Shown: piece by piece, positions 20,311 to 31,272 of the stretch | How positions within the stretch are numbered: the stretch's first letter is position 1 | How the letters are laid out: the number at the start of each line of letters is the position of its first letter | Origin: Bdellovibrionota bacterium | Lineage (GTDB): Bacteria > Bdellovibrionota_C > UBA2361 > OMII01 | DNA: 64,000 nucleotides | Direction: 5' to 3' | NCBI GenBank assembly: GCA_044345405.1 | Contig: JBIJBE010000002.1 | Span: 64,001 to 128,000 of the forward strand | The notes under the pieces: generated by a model | Database searches by the model: none | Told to the model about the DNA's origin: nothing | The model's input: the letters and a program-made list of their open reading frames with translations, nothing else | Translations under genes and position numbers: made by a program

Positions 20311-21420
20311 ATGTCATCACTCGTGCTACGGGGAAAAACAACAAACGCGGAGAAGGTGTGGCTACGCATCTCAGCGTTCCTTTCGCTGAAGTCACCAGCT
20401 ACTCGCGTGACCTACTCAGGAATCATCGCTGAGTGGTGTCGCTTCCTCCGCACCGAACCGGGCACTCCTGAAGCATCTGAAGCGATAATCGAGGCGACCG
20501 ATCTTCACGCTATCGCGTATCGAAAATTCCTTGAGCAGAAACCGGGCGAAAAGCCACGCATGGCTCGGATGGGTGGTAGAGTTTCAGCTGAGCGAGGGAT
20601 TACGCTTGAGCGAAATTCCGGTCGTGGAGTCAAGAAAGATGGATTAGACGCGACCCAATCCAACGCCACCATTCACAAGAAGTTCGCGGCACTCAGGCGG
20701 ATCTATCGCATGCTCGTATCGAGTAATCTCGGTATCGCTGAGAACCCTTTTGAAGCCGATAGGGTACCTCCTCCTCCCAAAGACGCCGGGCGAAAGCGCC
20801 CTACTCAGATGATCGACTTTGAGCTCGTCATGGAGATCGTCTCCATCCCTGACACGAACACACCGAAGGGCCGTCGAGATAAAGCTATCCTCGCGACTCT
20901 CTTCGGAGGCGGACTGCGACGAAGTGAAGTGGTCGGTCTCCGCATCGGGGACATAAAGAAAACATCCTCCGGAACCACCTTTCTCTACCTCCGACACACC
21001 AAAGCCAAGAAAGACGCCGAGCAGGCTATACCCCGATGGGCGGCGGACCCTCTGTGGGAGCTCGTTCGAGAGCGTAAGGCCCAAGGCGCTATGGACGGCG
21101 ACTATCTCTTCGTTGGCTTCACCGGAAAGGGTGGGCAAACGATCACGACCAAGCCGATGTCCGATACCGGGCTCTATCTTCTCTTTAAGCAATACTGCAT
21201 GGCTGCTGGCGCAGGGACCTACGCCACCCCCCACTCGGCTCGCGCCACAGCGATAACGAAACTCCTGGCGGACGGAATACCACACCGTGAGGTTCAGGAG
21301 TTCTCCCGACACTCCAGCATTCAGATGGTAGAATGGTACGATAAGCGACGATTTAGCGTTGAGGAGAGCCCAGCCAAGGAGCTTTCATACGACAAACCAC
21401 GCGGCAAGGGGCGTCGATAA
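20311..21420 (+). CDS. Tyrosine recombinase/integrase (XerC/D-like), stand-alone
   Basis: GRRDKAILATLFGGGLRRSE (Arg box I), TPHSARATAIT (HxxR), SRHSS..MVEWY (His, catalytic Tyr). Confidence 0.9.
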   Translation: MSSLVLRGKTTNAEKVWLRISAFLSLKSPATRVTYSGIIAEWCRFLRTEPGTPEASEAIIEATDLHAIAYRKFLEQKPGEKPRMARMGGRVSAERGITLERNSGRGVKKDGLDATQSNATIHKKFAALRRIYRMLVSSNLGIAENPFEADRVPPPPKDAGRKRPTQMIDFELVMEIVSIPDTNTPKGRRDKAILATLFGGGLRRSEVVGLRIGDIKKTSSGTTFLYLRHTKAKKDAEQAIPRWAADPLWELVRERKAQGAMDGDYLFVGFTGKGGQTITTKPMSDTGLYLLFKQYCMAAGAGTYATPHSARATAITKLLADGIPHREVQEFSRHSSIQMVEWYDKRRFSVEESPAKELSYDKPRGKGRR

Positions 21421-21444
21421 ACTCGCAGACCTCACTTTTGCGGC

Positions 21445-21864
21445 TCATCCACCCATCGAGGCTTTGTCACCTCGGTCGGTATTTCGTTCCAGCAACTTCT
21501 CAAGGTCATCATAATTAACGGGCTTCGTTAGAAAGAGATCAAATTCGATACAATCGCCACACCCGGGATGCATATCCTGGCGCTCCCATCCGGTAACGGC
21601 GACTAAAAGCGGCGCCGCCGCGCCAGAGGACTCCCGAATTCGTCTCGCCACCTCGTGTCCATTTATGTCAGGAAGCCCGATATCAAGAAGCACGACATCA
21701 GGGGTAAAACTCGCGCACTCCCGCAGAGCGGCGATTCCGGTCTCAGCGACCACAACGTTATGCCCAGCCATCTGAAGAAGCATCGCCATCGTTTGCGCCG
21801 AGGCGGCGTTGTCGTCAACGACCAGTATCTTTTGCTGCTGATTTCCCTGACCTGATGGACGCAT
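21445..21864 (-). CDS. Single-domain response regulator (CheY-like receiver)
   Basis: ILVVDD, LLDIGLPDING, VAVTG, FLTKP. Confidence 0.92.
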   Translation of the reverse strand: MRPSGQGNQQQKILVVDDNAASAQTMAMLLQMAGHNVVVAETGIAALRECASFTPDVVLLDIGLPDINGHEVARRIRESSGAAAPLLVAVTGWERQDMHPGCGDCIEFDLFLTKPVNYDDLEKLLERNTDRGDKASMGG

Positions 21865-21960
21865 GGGGCACCACTCCTCTTTTCAGGAAATGGTACCCCA
21901 TGCTTGCGGATTCAGGGTATGCGATGGGGCAGTTCCCTGCCCCTACGCACCCTACTTACC

Positions 21961-24000
21961 CTATCGGTCAAAGGCGCGTCGTGGACCTCGGTCGCGGTTT
22001 CCAGAACGCTGTGGGCGCCCGCCGAAACCACCACGACCCCGAGGGGCGCGCGAACCACGGTCCGCTCCTCGTGGAGCACGTTCGCGCTTCTCGAGAACCT
22101 TAAGCGCGTCTACCTGGCTCATGTCTGGCCCCTCAAGGGACTCGAAGCGATCCCGAGGCTGTCCACGACGGTTAGCGGACTCGCCACCACGCTCGAAGTT
22201 AGAGCGCCCACCTAACCGGTCGTTACGTCGCTCAGAACCACCGGTACCACGATCGTTAGAACGTCCACGCGGCCGACTGCCACGCTCGTCACGGTTAAAT
22301 TGCGGCCGTGGGCTCCGACCTTCACTCTCCGGTCCGTATGCGTAGCGAGGTCCACGCTCACCACCCTGGCGCTCCCGTCTGTCATTAAATCGTTGTCGGC
22401 CTGGGCTATCGCCACCTTCGCGCTGCTTGCGCTGATCTCCGTCGAAGCGTTCACGCCGTCCGAATCCACGGTCATCCCGATTGCCACGCGCCTCACGTTG
22501 AGGACGGTCGGTTCGATCACCACGCTCGCGCTGAGGTCGATCTGAACGGTCCCGCTGAGGGCGGTCGCCGCGCGGATTTCGATCTCTACGGTCTCCGAAA
22601 CGTTTAGCCGGGCGCTCCGAACGATCTGACCGCTCTCGGCGCTCACGACGTGGCTCTGACGCAGAGTCGCTGCCAGTTACCTCGGTATTCTCAACCGCGC
22701 CATCCTCACGAGGAGCTCGCTCCTCGCGTGGAGGACGAGCCGTTCGCTCGCTACGCTCTCGCCGGCCTGGGCGCTCACGACGAGCGTTTCGTCCCGGACG
22801 AGCACGACGACCACCTCGCTCCGTATCGACCTCCTCCTCCTCAACACCGTCAAGGTTTGGCGTTTCGAGTCGAGCTACCGGCGCCTTGAGCCATCGCTCG
22901 ATATTCCGAAGAAGGGAACCGTCAGCCTTCGTGACGAAAGAGACAGCCTCTCCAGTCGCCGACGCGCGACCAGCGCGACCGGTACGGTGAACGTAGGCAT
23001 CGAGATTCTCAGGCATGTCGTAGTTCACAACGTGCGTAATTCCCTTCACGTCGATACCGCGCGCGGCGATATCGGTCGCGATCAGCACTCGGTAACGACC
23101 ATCCTTAAAGCCGTTCAACGCCTGCTGGCGCTTCCCTTGCGAAAGGTTTCCGTGCATCGAGGTTACATGCTGCCCCTTGCGCGCGAGCTGCTCAGCGAGA
23201 CGCTTCGCGGTGTGCTTCATCTTCGTGAACACCACAACGAGAGCCTCTCGGTTCTCTTGAAGCCAGTGCGCTAAGACGTGTGGCTTTGAGGCCTGCGCGA
23301 TCTGGTACATCGAGTGCGACACGGAAGCTTTAGCCTCTTCCATCTTTACTCGAACAACCGCCGGGTCATTTTGAATCCCGCGGGTGAGCTCACGAATCTC
23401 GTCAGGCATCGTCGCCGAAAAGAGAAGGGTCTGACGCTCGGTTGGGAGCTTCGAGATGATCTTCTTGATGTCTGGGAGGAACCCCATGTCACACATGCGG
23501 TCCGCCTCATCGAGTACGAGGTACTCGATCCCCTTAAGGTCGAAGGTGCGCGCGCTTAGATGATCGAGCAAGCGACCTGGGCACGCGACGATGATCTGTG
23601 GCTTACCACGGAGCTCAGATACCTGACGACCGTGAGAGACACCGCCGTAAATCGTGATGCTCTTCAAGCCAGTTCGTGGCGCGAGCTCTTTAATAACATC
23701 ATTAATCTGCTCTGCGAGCTCACGGGTCGGAGCGAGGATAAGCGCCTTAGCGCCCTTCTCTTTTGAACCACTAAGCTTCTGGAGGATTGGAAGAACGAAC
23801 GCCGCCGTCTTTCCGGTACCCGTCTGGGCGAGTCCGACCAAGTCGCGCCCCTCTACCACGAGAGGGATAGCTTCCGCTTGGATTGGGGTGGGATGGGTGT
23901 AGCCGATCGCCTTGATCGTCTCCTGAAGAAAAGGAGCCAATGGAAGATCGTCAAAGGTAAGCGTGCGGATCTCTTCCGCAGCTGATGTATCGCTGTGCAT
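21961..24000 (-). CDS. DEAD-box RNA helicase with long Arg/Gly/Asp-rich C-terminal tail
   Basis: PTPIQ, AQTGTGKT, PTRELA, DEAD, SAT, ARGID, HRTGRAGRA; low-complexity tail of ~290 aa. Confidence 0.95.
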   Translation of the reverse strand: MHSDTSAAEEIRTLTFDDLPLAPFLQETIKAIGYTHPTPIQAEAIPLVVEGRDLVGLAQTGTGKTAAFVLPILQKLSGSKEKGAKALILAPTRELAEQINDVIKELAPRTGLKSITIYGGVSHGRQVSELRGKPQIIVACPGRLLDHLSARTFDLKGIEYLVLDEADRMCDMGFLPDIKKIISKLPTERQTLLFSATMPDEIRELTRGIQNDPAVVRVKMEEAKASVSHSMYQIAQASKPHVLAHWLQENREALVVVFTKMKHTAKRLAEQLARKGQHVTSMHGNLSQGKRQQALNGFKDGRYRVLIATDIAARGIDVKGITHVVNYDMPENLDAYVHRTGRAGRASATGEAVSFVTKADGSLLRNIERWLKAPVARLETPNLDGVEEEEVDTERGGRRARPGRNARRERPGRRERSERTARPPREERAPREDGAVENTEVTGSDSASEPRRERRERSDRSERPAKRFGDRRDRNPRGDRPQRDRSDRPQRERGDRTDRPQREARGNRDDRGFGRRERFDGDQRKQREGGDSPGRQRFNDRRERQGGERGPRYAYGPESEGRSPRPQFNRDERGSRPRGRSNDRGTGGSERRNDRLGGRSNFERGGESANRRGQPRDRFESLEGPDMSQVDALKVLEKRERAPRGADRGSRAPRGRGGFGGRPQRSGNRDRGPRRAFDR

Positions 24001-24253
24001 TACTAGCCTATTTTACAGAGAAGTGGTGATGCCGGTGTCACACTACTTCGAACGTTGTATTTGGTAGTAAAGCCCGAATGTGCTCTCTGATGGCACCCGG
24101 CGCCCAACGATGTGGATGTAAGAACTTCACTAATGTTGGGGGACAGTACCATGTATGGGGGGATTAAGGAAATTTAGGGGGTAAGCCCGCCGAATACGGC
24201 CAGTTTTCGACTATGAAAGCACTGAAAATGCCGTATATGGGAACCCGTGACAT

Positions 24254-24348
24254 GGGAGGGCGACCATTCCTGGTCGCCGGAATGTCCCATATCGCAAAAG
24301 ACCTTCACCACCGATTGCAACGCGGCGGTCAGGAATGACCGCCCTCCC
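24254..24348. repeat. REP doublet copy 4
   Basis: gggagggcgaccattcctggtcgccg ... cggcggtcaggaatgaccgccctccc between the two helicase genes. Confidence 0.85.
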
Positions 24349-24407
24349 GGATCCCGGGGCGTAATAATGCGAGCGATCTCGCTCGCCGAACAGACAGCGT
24401 CACACCC

Positions 24408-25586
24408 CTACGCCACCTGAGCCGCCTTCGGCTGCGGTACCTGTACCTCAACCGGCGTAGCTGGGAGCTTCTTCTGAAGCCCGTAGAAAAGTGGGAAGTC
24501 CTGCGGAGCAACGAGAGAAAGCGCCCTACCCGATTTACCGGCCCGCCCTGTTCGACCGGTACGGTGTACGTAGGTCTCGGGGGTATCGTGCATCGCGTAG
24601 TTCACCACGAGGTCGAGGTCCTTCACGTCGATACCGCGCGCTGCGACATCGGTCGCCACGAGAACCTTCACCTCACCAGAACGGAACTTATTCATGGTGC
24701 GCTCACGCTCCTTTTGAGAGAGATCGGAATTGAGCCGCTCGCACTCGATGCCACGCTTGCGGAGAAGGATCTGTACAAGCTCCGTGTCAGATTTGAGGTT
24801 GCAGAACACGATCGCTGCCTTTGGCTGATACTCCTGGAGGAAGGCCGCGAGGGCGGTCGCCTTACTCGTGAGACCAGCATCTACCCTGCAGAAGAGATGC
24901 TCAATAAGCTGCGAGGTCTCCTCTACGGGCTCAAGCTCAACACGGAGTGGCTTCTTCAAGAATGACTCGGCCAGCTGACCCACACGTGGAGTCATTGTTG
25001 CGCTAAAAAAGCATCCCTGTCGCTCACGAGGGAGCTTAGACAAGATTGCTCGCACCTCTTCAACAAACCCCATTGAGAGCATCTCATCGGCCTCATCGAG
25101 GACGAACATCTTGCAATGACGAAGGTCGAGCTTTCGCTGATCGATCAGGTCCTGAATACGTCCAGGGGTACCAACAACGATTCGAGGATCGTTACGGAGG
25201 TCACGGATCTGCCCCTCCTGCTTGGCACCACCGATAATGCACGCGGGGCGAAGATCCTCAACCACCGAGACGATAACGTTACGCACCTGCATCGCGAGCT
25301 CTCGCGTCGGGCAGATAATCAAACCGAACGTTCCATCAACCGGCGACGCGTCGATGAGACGAGCGAGCATTGGAAGAACGAACGCGAGGGTCTTGCCACT
25401 TCCGGTCTGTGCCTCAACGATACAATCCTGTCCGGTAAGCACCGCGGGAATAGCGGCGCGTTGAACGGGGGTCGGAACTGTAATCTTAAGGGCTTTAAGC
25501 TGCCCACGGATACTTGGATGTTTAACGAGATCAAAGAAGGACGCCTCGGCCTGAGGAGCCTCTACACTACTACTGTCAGTTGTCAT
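24408..25586 (-). CDS. DEAD-box RNA helicase (core only)
   Basis: PTPVQ, AQTGSGKT, PTRELA, TPGR, DEADEM, SAT, HRTGRTGRAG. Confidence 0.95.
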   Translation of the reverse strand: MTTDSSSVEAPQAEASFFDLVKHPSIRGQLKALKITVPTPVQRAAIPAVLTGQDCIVEAQTGSGKTLAFVLPMLARLIDASPVDGTFGLIICPTRELAMQVRNVIVSVVEDLRPACIIGGAKQEGQIRDLRNDPRIVVGTPGRIQDLIDQRKLDLRHCKMFVLDEADEMLSMGFVEEVRAILSKLPRERQGCFFSATMTPRVGQLAESFLKKPLRVELEPVEETSQLIEHLFCRVDAGLTSKATALAAFLQEYQPKAAIVFCNLKSDTELVQILLRKRGIECERLNSDLSQKERERTMNKFRSGEVKVLVATDVAARGIDVKDLDLVVNYAMHDTPETYVHRTGRTGRAGKSGRALSLVAPQDFPLFYGLQKKLPATPVEVQVPQPKAAQVA

Positions 25587-25930
25587 ACGTACGATTCATC
25601 TATTGGGGATCGCAAACACTATGCGAGGCGATCCGGGTTTACATTGCGCCAGCTTTTCCGCACTACGAGGGCCTTCTCATCTACAAGTTTCACAAGAGGA
25701 TGGGGAAACTTGGCCCTTGCACCGCTACGATCTTTTCTTCTTTGTTGCGGCGCCAGCGCGATGCCACAACCCTTACATACGTATAAGTATGCCATACTTC
25801 ATGGCGTTGAGACACCCAGAACGTAACGCACTGAAGATTCAACGCTTTAAACGCAGCAACGCACCGGACCGGAACGCGGGAGGGCGAGCGTCCTCGCTCG
25901 CCGGGTTGCATGCGGCAAAGGGAGTTTGGC

Positions 25931-26311
25931 TTACTTCGCCGGCCCCATCAAATGCTTCAACGGCGTCGCGCACTCAGGGGTCTTCACCTCACCGTAACCG
26001 TACTTCCGCATGAACTCTTGGTTAAAACACCCCAAGAGCTGTCCGACCGGGTGGACCGTCGCATCCTTCGAGGCGTTCGCCGATACCTTCTGTACGCACG
26101 GCTCAACAAAGGAGGTGGTTATCGACGTGCACTCTGAGGGCTCGAGCGAATAACACTTGAGCCACTGGCCCCCATCAGAGCATATCTGCTCGACCACCTT
26201 GTGGATGGATGCTTTATCGGGCGCCTGCCCGCGAGGCGACGATTGAGCGCTCAAAAGCTCGACCCTAAGAAGAGACACAGAAAGAAACACCATCGCCGCT
26301 ATAAACCTCAT
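25931..26311 (-). CDS. Hypothetical secreted Cys-containing protein
   Basis: Signal-peptide-like N-terminus, six Cys, GAGGTG ribosome-binding site upstream. Confidence 0.65.
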   Translation of the reverse strand: MRFIAAMVFLSVSLLRVELLSAQSSPRGQAPDKASIHKVVEQICSDGGQWLKCYSLEPSECTSITTSFVEPCVQKVSANASKDATVHPVGQLLGCFNQEFMRKYGYGEVKTPECATPLKHLMGPAK

Positions 26312-26687
26312 CGCTCACCTCGCGTCATTTCACAGCCGAATTATAGTGAGAAGCGCGGCATACGGGAACAGGGTATATCAGCCCCTCTGTGAATCCTTCG
26401 CTCGAGGCCACCTGTTCCCACCTGTCGCCATCCGGCGTCATTAAGGGCGGCGGTAGGTTGCGCAATGCGGAAAAACGAGCACTTTTCCTTTTCTTATTGT
26501 AAGCCGACCCCACGTTCTATAATCTCCAAGGTCCCCTCCACAATTGCTCTCTTTCATCTTCATACGGGTAGTGCCACAGGACACAAGGTTTTTTCCATGT
26601 CTCGTACTACCTCCTACGTGCTCCAACCTCCCAACTCTCCACGCCAATGTGGACAGTTGTATCGGTTGGAGACGAAAGGAGGATGGT

Positions 26688-27176
26688 ATGACTGGTCGAA
26701 AGGCGCTTATGACGACCCTGAGAGACGCAGTCTCCAGGGTGGAGGTGAAGTTAGGCAGAGTTTCCCTCGCGCGGTGCAAGAAGGGAGCCCAGCGAGATTT
26801 TCTCGCGCGGGAGTTCATCAAGCGCTTCAAGGGGGTGGCGGCCGACGACTTCGACGAGATGCTCGACGACTGGATGGCGAATGATCGGCCGGACCCGTTG
26901 AGCGTACAATCGGTCCTTCAAGTGATGATCGAGACGGGAAACACCCGCTCAATCGACACGATCTTGGACAGTATCGAGGTGCGTATCGCTGGAGGAATAC
27001 CTCCCACCGAGCGCGGCTTGTCTGAAACAGAGAGAAGAGTCCGAGACGGTTGGTGGGGGGATTGCGTACTCGAGCCGTTCGAGAACGCCTTCCACACAAC
27101 TCCTCGACTTCGACGCCGGGTCAAACATCTGATGGATGAGGTTCAAAAAGTCACAGCCCCAGAACTAAGGAGGTGA
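26688..27176 (+). CDS. Hypothetical protein
   Basis: AGGAGG Shine-Dalgarno before ATG 26688; 162 aa. Confidence 0.65.
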   Translation: MTGRKALMTTLRDAVSRVEVKLGRVSLARCKKGAQRDFLAREFIKRFKGVAADDFDEMLDDWMANDRPDPLSVQSVLQVMIETGNTRSIDTILDSIEVRIAGGIPPTERGLSETERRVRDGWWGDCVLEPFENAFHTTPRLRRRVKHLMDEVQKVTAPELRR

Positions 27177-27437
27177 CAGACAACATGTTGTTGGGAGTTA
27201 CGGTTGCGCATCGCGTACCTGCTCTCACGGTTTTACAAAACCTGAGGCACTCCCAACCTATTCTCGCGTGGCGCTGGCGGCACAAAATCACCGCAGAACA
27301 TTTTACAACGCGAACCGAGAGAGTGGAGAGAGGCAGATCCTCTCATAGAAAGAATAGATGTATCCCCTAACAGTCCTGGCGGCTCTCTTTGTGAGTTCTT
27401 AGTTTGCGCGGCTAGTGACAAAGCTGCGATGAGATCT

Positions 27438-29393
27438 CTAAACCCCGCGCGACTCCTTCACCCGCTCAATAATCTGCTCAACCACTGAAGGCTCAGCGAG
27501 GGTTGTGGTATCACCAACAGCGGAATACTCCCCCTCACCTATCTTGCGCAAAATACGGCGCATAATCTTTCCAGATCGAGTCTTCGGAAGCCCCGGCACA
27601 AACCAGATCGCGTCAGGGGTCGCAATCGGTGAGATAATCTCTCGCACGGAGTGGATGATCTCCTTCGTTACATCGATCCCAGCACCCACATCCCCACGAA
27701 GCACGCAGAACGCGCCGATCCCCTGCCCCTTAATATCGTGAGGAATACCGACAACCGCGGCCTCAGCAACGACACCAGAGCGTACAATCGCGCTTTCGAC
27801 CTCCGCAGTTCCGAGCCTATGCCCCGCCACGTTCAGAACGTCATCGACACGCCCCGTAATCCAGTAATACCCATCCTCATCACGACGACATCCATCACCG
27901 GTGAAGTAGAGCCCCGGATACATAGAGAAGTAGGTCTGGACAAATCGCTGATGATCACTGTACACCGTTCTCATCATGCCGGGCCACGGATACTTGATGC
28001 ACAGCCGTCCCGTGATACCGTTGCCCTCGATAACCTTTCCCCCTTCATCCACGACGACCGGCTGCACACCGAAGAATGGTCGTGTGGCGGAACCCGGTTT
28101 TGTCTCCGTAGCACCCGGAAGGGGCGAGATGAGCACGCCTCCCGTTTCCGTCTGCCACCATGTGTCCACGATGGGACAGCGCCCCTCTCCGACGATGTTA
28201 TGATACCAGAGCCACGCGTCCGGATTGATCGGCTCCCCCACCGTACCCAAGATACGCAGAGAGGAACGGTCGTAGCGCTTCACATGATGATCGCCCTCTT
28301 TAGCTAAGGCGCGAATCGCGGTAGGAGCGGTATAAAATATCGTGACCTTGTGTCGCTCAACGGCGTCCCAGTACCGTCCAGCGTCCGGATAGGTCGGAAT
28401 CGATTCAAACATCACCGTGGTCGCGCCGTTCGAGAGCGGTCCGTACACAACGTAGGAGTGGCCCGTTACCCACCCAACATCAGCGCCGCAAAAGAAGATA
28501 TCATCATCCTTAATGTCGAAGATGTATTTGTGGGTCGCGGTTACGTGCAGAAGGTAGCCGCCCGTTGTATGGAGCACACCTTTCGGCTTCCCGGTGGAAC
28601 CGCTCGTGTAGAGGATAAAGAGTGGGTCCTCAGAATCCATACTCTCAACGCTTGTGTCGTAAGCGTCACCGATCTTTGCAAGCTCATCTTCGTAGGCGAG
28701 GTCGCGGCCCGGGGTCATCGGCACAGGGGTGTCCGTTCGTCGCACAACGAGGATATTTTTAATCGACGGACACTCCGCGACCGCTTCATCGCTCGTCTCT
28801 TTGAGGGGGATCGCTTTGGGACCACGCAAACCCTCATTCGCGGTGATTAGGAGCTTACACCCACAATCGTTAATGCGATCGCGCAACGACTCCGACGAAA
28901 ACCCCGCAAACACAACGGTATGGATAGCTCCGATACGGGCGCACGCAAGCATCGATATCGCTGCCTCAGGGATCATCGGAAGATAGATCGCGACCCGATC
29001 TCCCCGCTTAACGCCGAGCTTCTTGAGAAGGGTCGCCGTCTTGCACACCTCACGGTGTAGTTCTCGGTAGGTGACTCGCCGCACCTCCTCCGGATCGTTT
29101 CCTTCCCATAGGATCGCCACCTTGTCGCCCCGATGAAGGAGGTGCCGATCGAGGCAGTTCTCACTCACGTTAAGCTTGCCGCCAACGAACCACTGCACGT
29201 TCGCCTGCACAAAGTCCCATGACACCACCTTGCTCCAAAGAGAGTGCCACTGAACGAGTGAACGAGCCTGCTGATCCCAAAACTTTTCTGGGTGCTCAAC
29301 GGAAGACCTGTAGAGCTCCTCGTACGAGTCAGCGGTAATATGCGCCGTCGAGGCGACTGTAGCGGGAACAGGGAAGCGGGCGTTGGCGGTCAT
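27438..29393 (-). CDS. acs: Acetyl-CoA synthetase
   Basis: [50 protein letters not shown]. Confidence 0.97.
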   Translation of the reverse strand: MTANARFPVPATVASTAHITADSYEELYRSSVEHPEKFWDQQARSLVQWHSLWSKVVSWDFVQANVQWFVGGKLNVSENCLDRHLLHRGDKVAILWEGNDPEEVRRVTYRELHREVCKTATLLKKLGVKRGDRVAIYLPMIPEAAISMLACARIGAIHTVVFAGFSSESLRDRINDCGCKLLITANEGLRGPKAIPLKETSDEAVAECPSIKNILVVRRTDTPVPMTPGRDLAYEDELAKIGDAYDTSVESMDSEDPLFILYTSGSTGKPKGVLHTTGGYLLHVTATHKYIFDIKDDDIFFCGADVGWVTGHSYVVYGPLSNGATTVMFESIPTYPDAGRYWDAVERHKVTIFYTAPTAIRALAKEGDHHVKRYDRSSLRILGTVGEPINPDAWLWYHNIVGEGRCPIVDTWWQTETGGVLISPLPGATETKPGSATRPFFGVQPVVVDEGGKVIEGNGITGRLCIKYPWPGMMRTVYSDHQRFVQTYFSMYPGLYFTGDGCRRDEDGYYWITGRVDDVLNVAGHRLGTAEVESAIVRSGVVAEAAVVGIPHDIKGQGIGAFCVLRGDVGAGIDVTKEIIHSVREIISPIATPDAIWFVPGLPKTRSGKIMRRILRKIGEGEYSAVGDTTTLAEPSVVEQIIERVKESRGV

Positions 29394-29504
29394 GAGAGAA
29401 ACTCCAAGGGGCACAGCTTAAGACGCCGTTACGATAGCCCAAGCCGCCTCCTGGGAGAACTCAAAAAAAACACTTTTCCCCCCGCTAATCCCCTACAAAA
29501 AACA

Positions 29505-29542
29505 CGTGAACGTGCTCGTAAACGTGAACGTGAACGTACCCG
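29505..29542. repeat. CGTnnn hexamer microsatellite, intergenic
   Basis: cgtgaa cgtgct cgtaaa cgtgaa cgtgaa cgtacc; related tract at 38484-38516. Confidence 0.6.
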
Positions 29543-29597
29543 CTCCGAACCACGATTACCCATGCGCCTCCACCCCTACCCATGATATCCTGCCCCT

Positions 29598-30992
29598 ATG
29601 GCCAACCACCGTACCATCATCGAACCGTTCAAGATCAAGGTGGTCGAACCCCTCACGATTATGAAACGCGAGGAGCGCGAGCCTATCCTGCGTCAAGCTG
29701 GATACAACCTCTTCTTGGTTCCAGCAGCGGCGGTGACCTTCGACTTCCTGACCGATTCGGGAACCACAGCGATGAGCGCCAATCAGTGGGCGGCGATGAT
29801 GGTCGCGGATGAGTCGTACGCCGGATCTCGCAGCTTCGCGAAGTTCGAGAAGGTCGTCAGAGAGCTCACAGGGTACGATTTCGTGATACCGACCCATCAA
29901 GGTCGAGCCGCCGAGCGGCTCCTCTTCGAGGCGGTACTCAAGCCCGGCATGAAGGTTCCCTCCAACAACCACTTCGACACAACTCGAGCGAATATCGAAC
30001 ACCTCGGCGCGGAGGCGGTTGACCTTGTTATCGCGGAAGGACGGGACCCGGCGCTAAATCATCCCTTCAAGGGCAACATTGATCTCGAACGCCTCGCGAC
30101 CTTTTGCGAGGAGGAGCGCGCATCGATCCCGCTCGGTATGATCACGATCACCAACAACACCGGAGGAGGACAACCGGTCTCCCTTGAGAATATCCGCGGC
30201 GCCTCAGAGATCTACAAGCGGCACGGAATCCCGTTCATCATCGACGCGTGCCGCTTCGCTGAGAACTCTTTCCTTGTTAAGACACGTGAGGCTGCGCAGG
30301 CTCACCGAACCGTTCGCGAGATCGCTCGTGAGACCTTCTCGCTGGCGGATGGTTGCATGATGAGCGCCAAGAAAGATGGTCTGGTGAATATCGGTGGTTT
30401 CATCGCTCTCCATGATAAGACGTGGGTCGAGTCGCTACGCTCTCTCCTTATCCTCACCGAGGGTTTTCCGACCTACGGAGGACTCGCCGCGCGGGATCTA
30501 GAGGCGCTCGCGGTTGGCCTTGAGGAGGTGCTCGATGAGGATTACCTCGAGTATCGAACCGCGGTGACCCGCTATATGGCTGAAGGCCTTAACAATGTCG
30601 GAATCCCGACCGTACAGCCCCCCGGCGCTCACGCGGTCTACATCGATGTAAAGCGGTTCCTTCCTCACATCCCTCCGCACGAGTTTCCGGGACAGGCACT
30701 CGCGTGCGAACTCTACCTTCAGGAAGGGATCCGGTCATGCGAGATCGGCTCAGCGATGTTCGGCCATTATACCGACCCATCCCACGACCCTAAGAGCTTT
30801 GTACCTTCACAGATGGAGCTGGTGCGCCTCGCGTTTCCACGCCGCGTGTATACTCAGAGCCACTTCGATTACATCCTTGAAGGGATGACGGAGATCGTTC
30901 AGCGCAAAGAATCCCTGCAGGGTATGCGCCTCACCTACGATCCACCATTTCTTAGACACTTCACCGCACGATTCGAGCCGATCCCGCGGTAA
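29598..30992 (+). CDS. tnaA: Tryptophanase (PLP beta-eliminating lyase)
   Basis: DFLTDSGT, THQGRAAE, NHFDTTR, PLP lysine in MSAKKDGLVNIGG; C-terminal LRHFT favours tryptophanase over tyrosine phenol-lyase (LRFFT). Confidence 0.85.
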   Translation: MANHRTIIEPFKIKVVEPLTIMKREEREPILRQAGYNLFLVPAAAVTFDFLTDSGTTAMSANQWAAMMVADESYAGSRSFAKFEKVVRELTGYDFVIPTHQGRAAERLLFEAVLKPGMKVPSNNHFDTTRANIEHLGAEAVDLVIAEGRDPALNHPFKGNIDLERLATFCEEERASIPLGMITITNNTGGGQPVSLENIRGASEIYKRHGIPFIIDACRFAENSFLVKTREAAQAHRTVREIARETFSLADGCMMSAKKDGLVNIGGFIALHDKTWVESLRSLLILTEGFPTYGGLAARDLEALAVGLEEVLDEDYLEYRTAVTRYMAEGLNNVGIPTVQPPGAHAVYIDVKRFLPHIPPHEFPGQALACELYLQEGIRSCEIGSAMFGHYTDPSHDPKSFVPSQMELVRLAFPRRVYTQSHFDYILEGMTEIVQRKESLQGMRLTYDPPFLRHFTARFEPIPR

Positions 30993-31038
30993 TGCCGATT
31001 AAGCTTTAATGCCGATTCGAATGTAAGATCGATTTACA

Positions 31039-31269
31039 TTACGGAGCGGGACAGGTCGAGGGTCCCGGCTGCGTGCAAGGATGAGTCGCTGGGTCCGGAG
31101 AGCGCCCTGGGCGGACCGGCTCGCGAGGTTCCGGGTCAGGTGTCTGTGGCGCCGGAGTCTTGCTCGGCGCTGGTTTAGTAGGCGCTGGTTTCGTCGGCGC
31201 CTCCGGAGCGGCGAGCTGACCCAAATCCATCGCCAAAGGATCGTGACTTGATTGGACTGTGTGCATCAT
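31039..31269 (-). CDS. Small Pro/Thr-rich peptide with two C-terminal Cys
   Basis: 76-aa ORF 3 bp after the upstream stop; TKPAP repeats, ends HPCTQPGPSTCPAP. Confidence 0.5.
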   Translation of the reverse strand: MMHTVQSSHDPLAMDLGQLAAPEAPTKPAPTKPAPSKTPAPQTPDPEPREPVRPGRSPDPATHPCTQPGPSTCPAP

Positions 31270-31272
31270 ACG

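Noticed and set aside
24001-24240. Structured leader or thermometer before the long DEAD-box gene
   Set aside because: The visible inverted repeat depends on G-T pairs on the non-coding strand, so it is weak in the mRNA; unsupported without folding or conservation data
30990-31040. 11-bp direct repeat taatgccgatt and a short AT-rich palindrome between convergent genes
   Set aside because: Too short to support a target-site duplication; may be a weak terminator or chance
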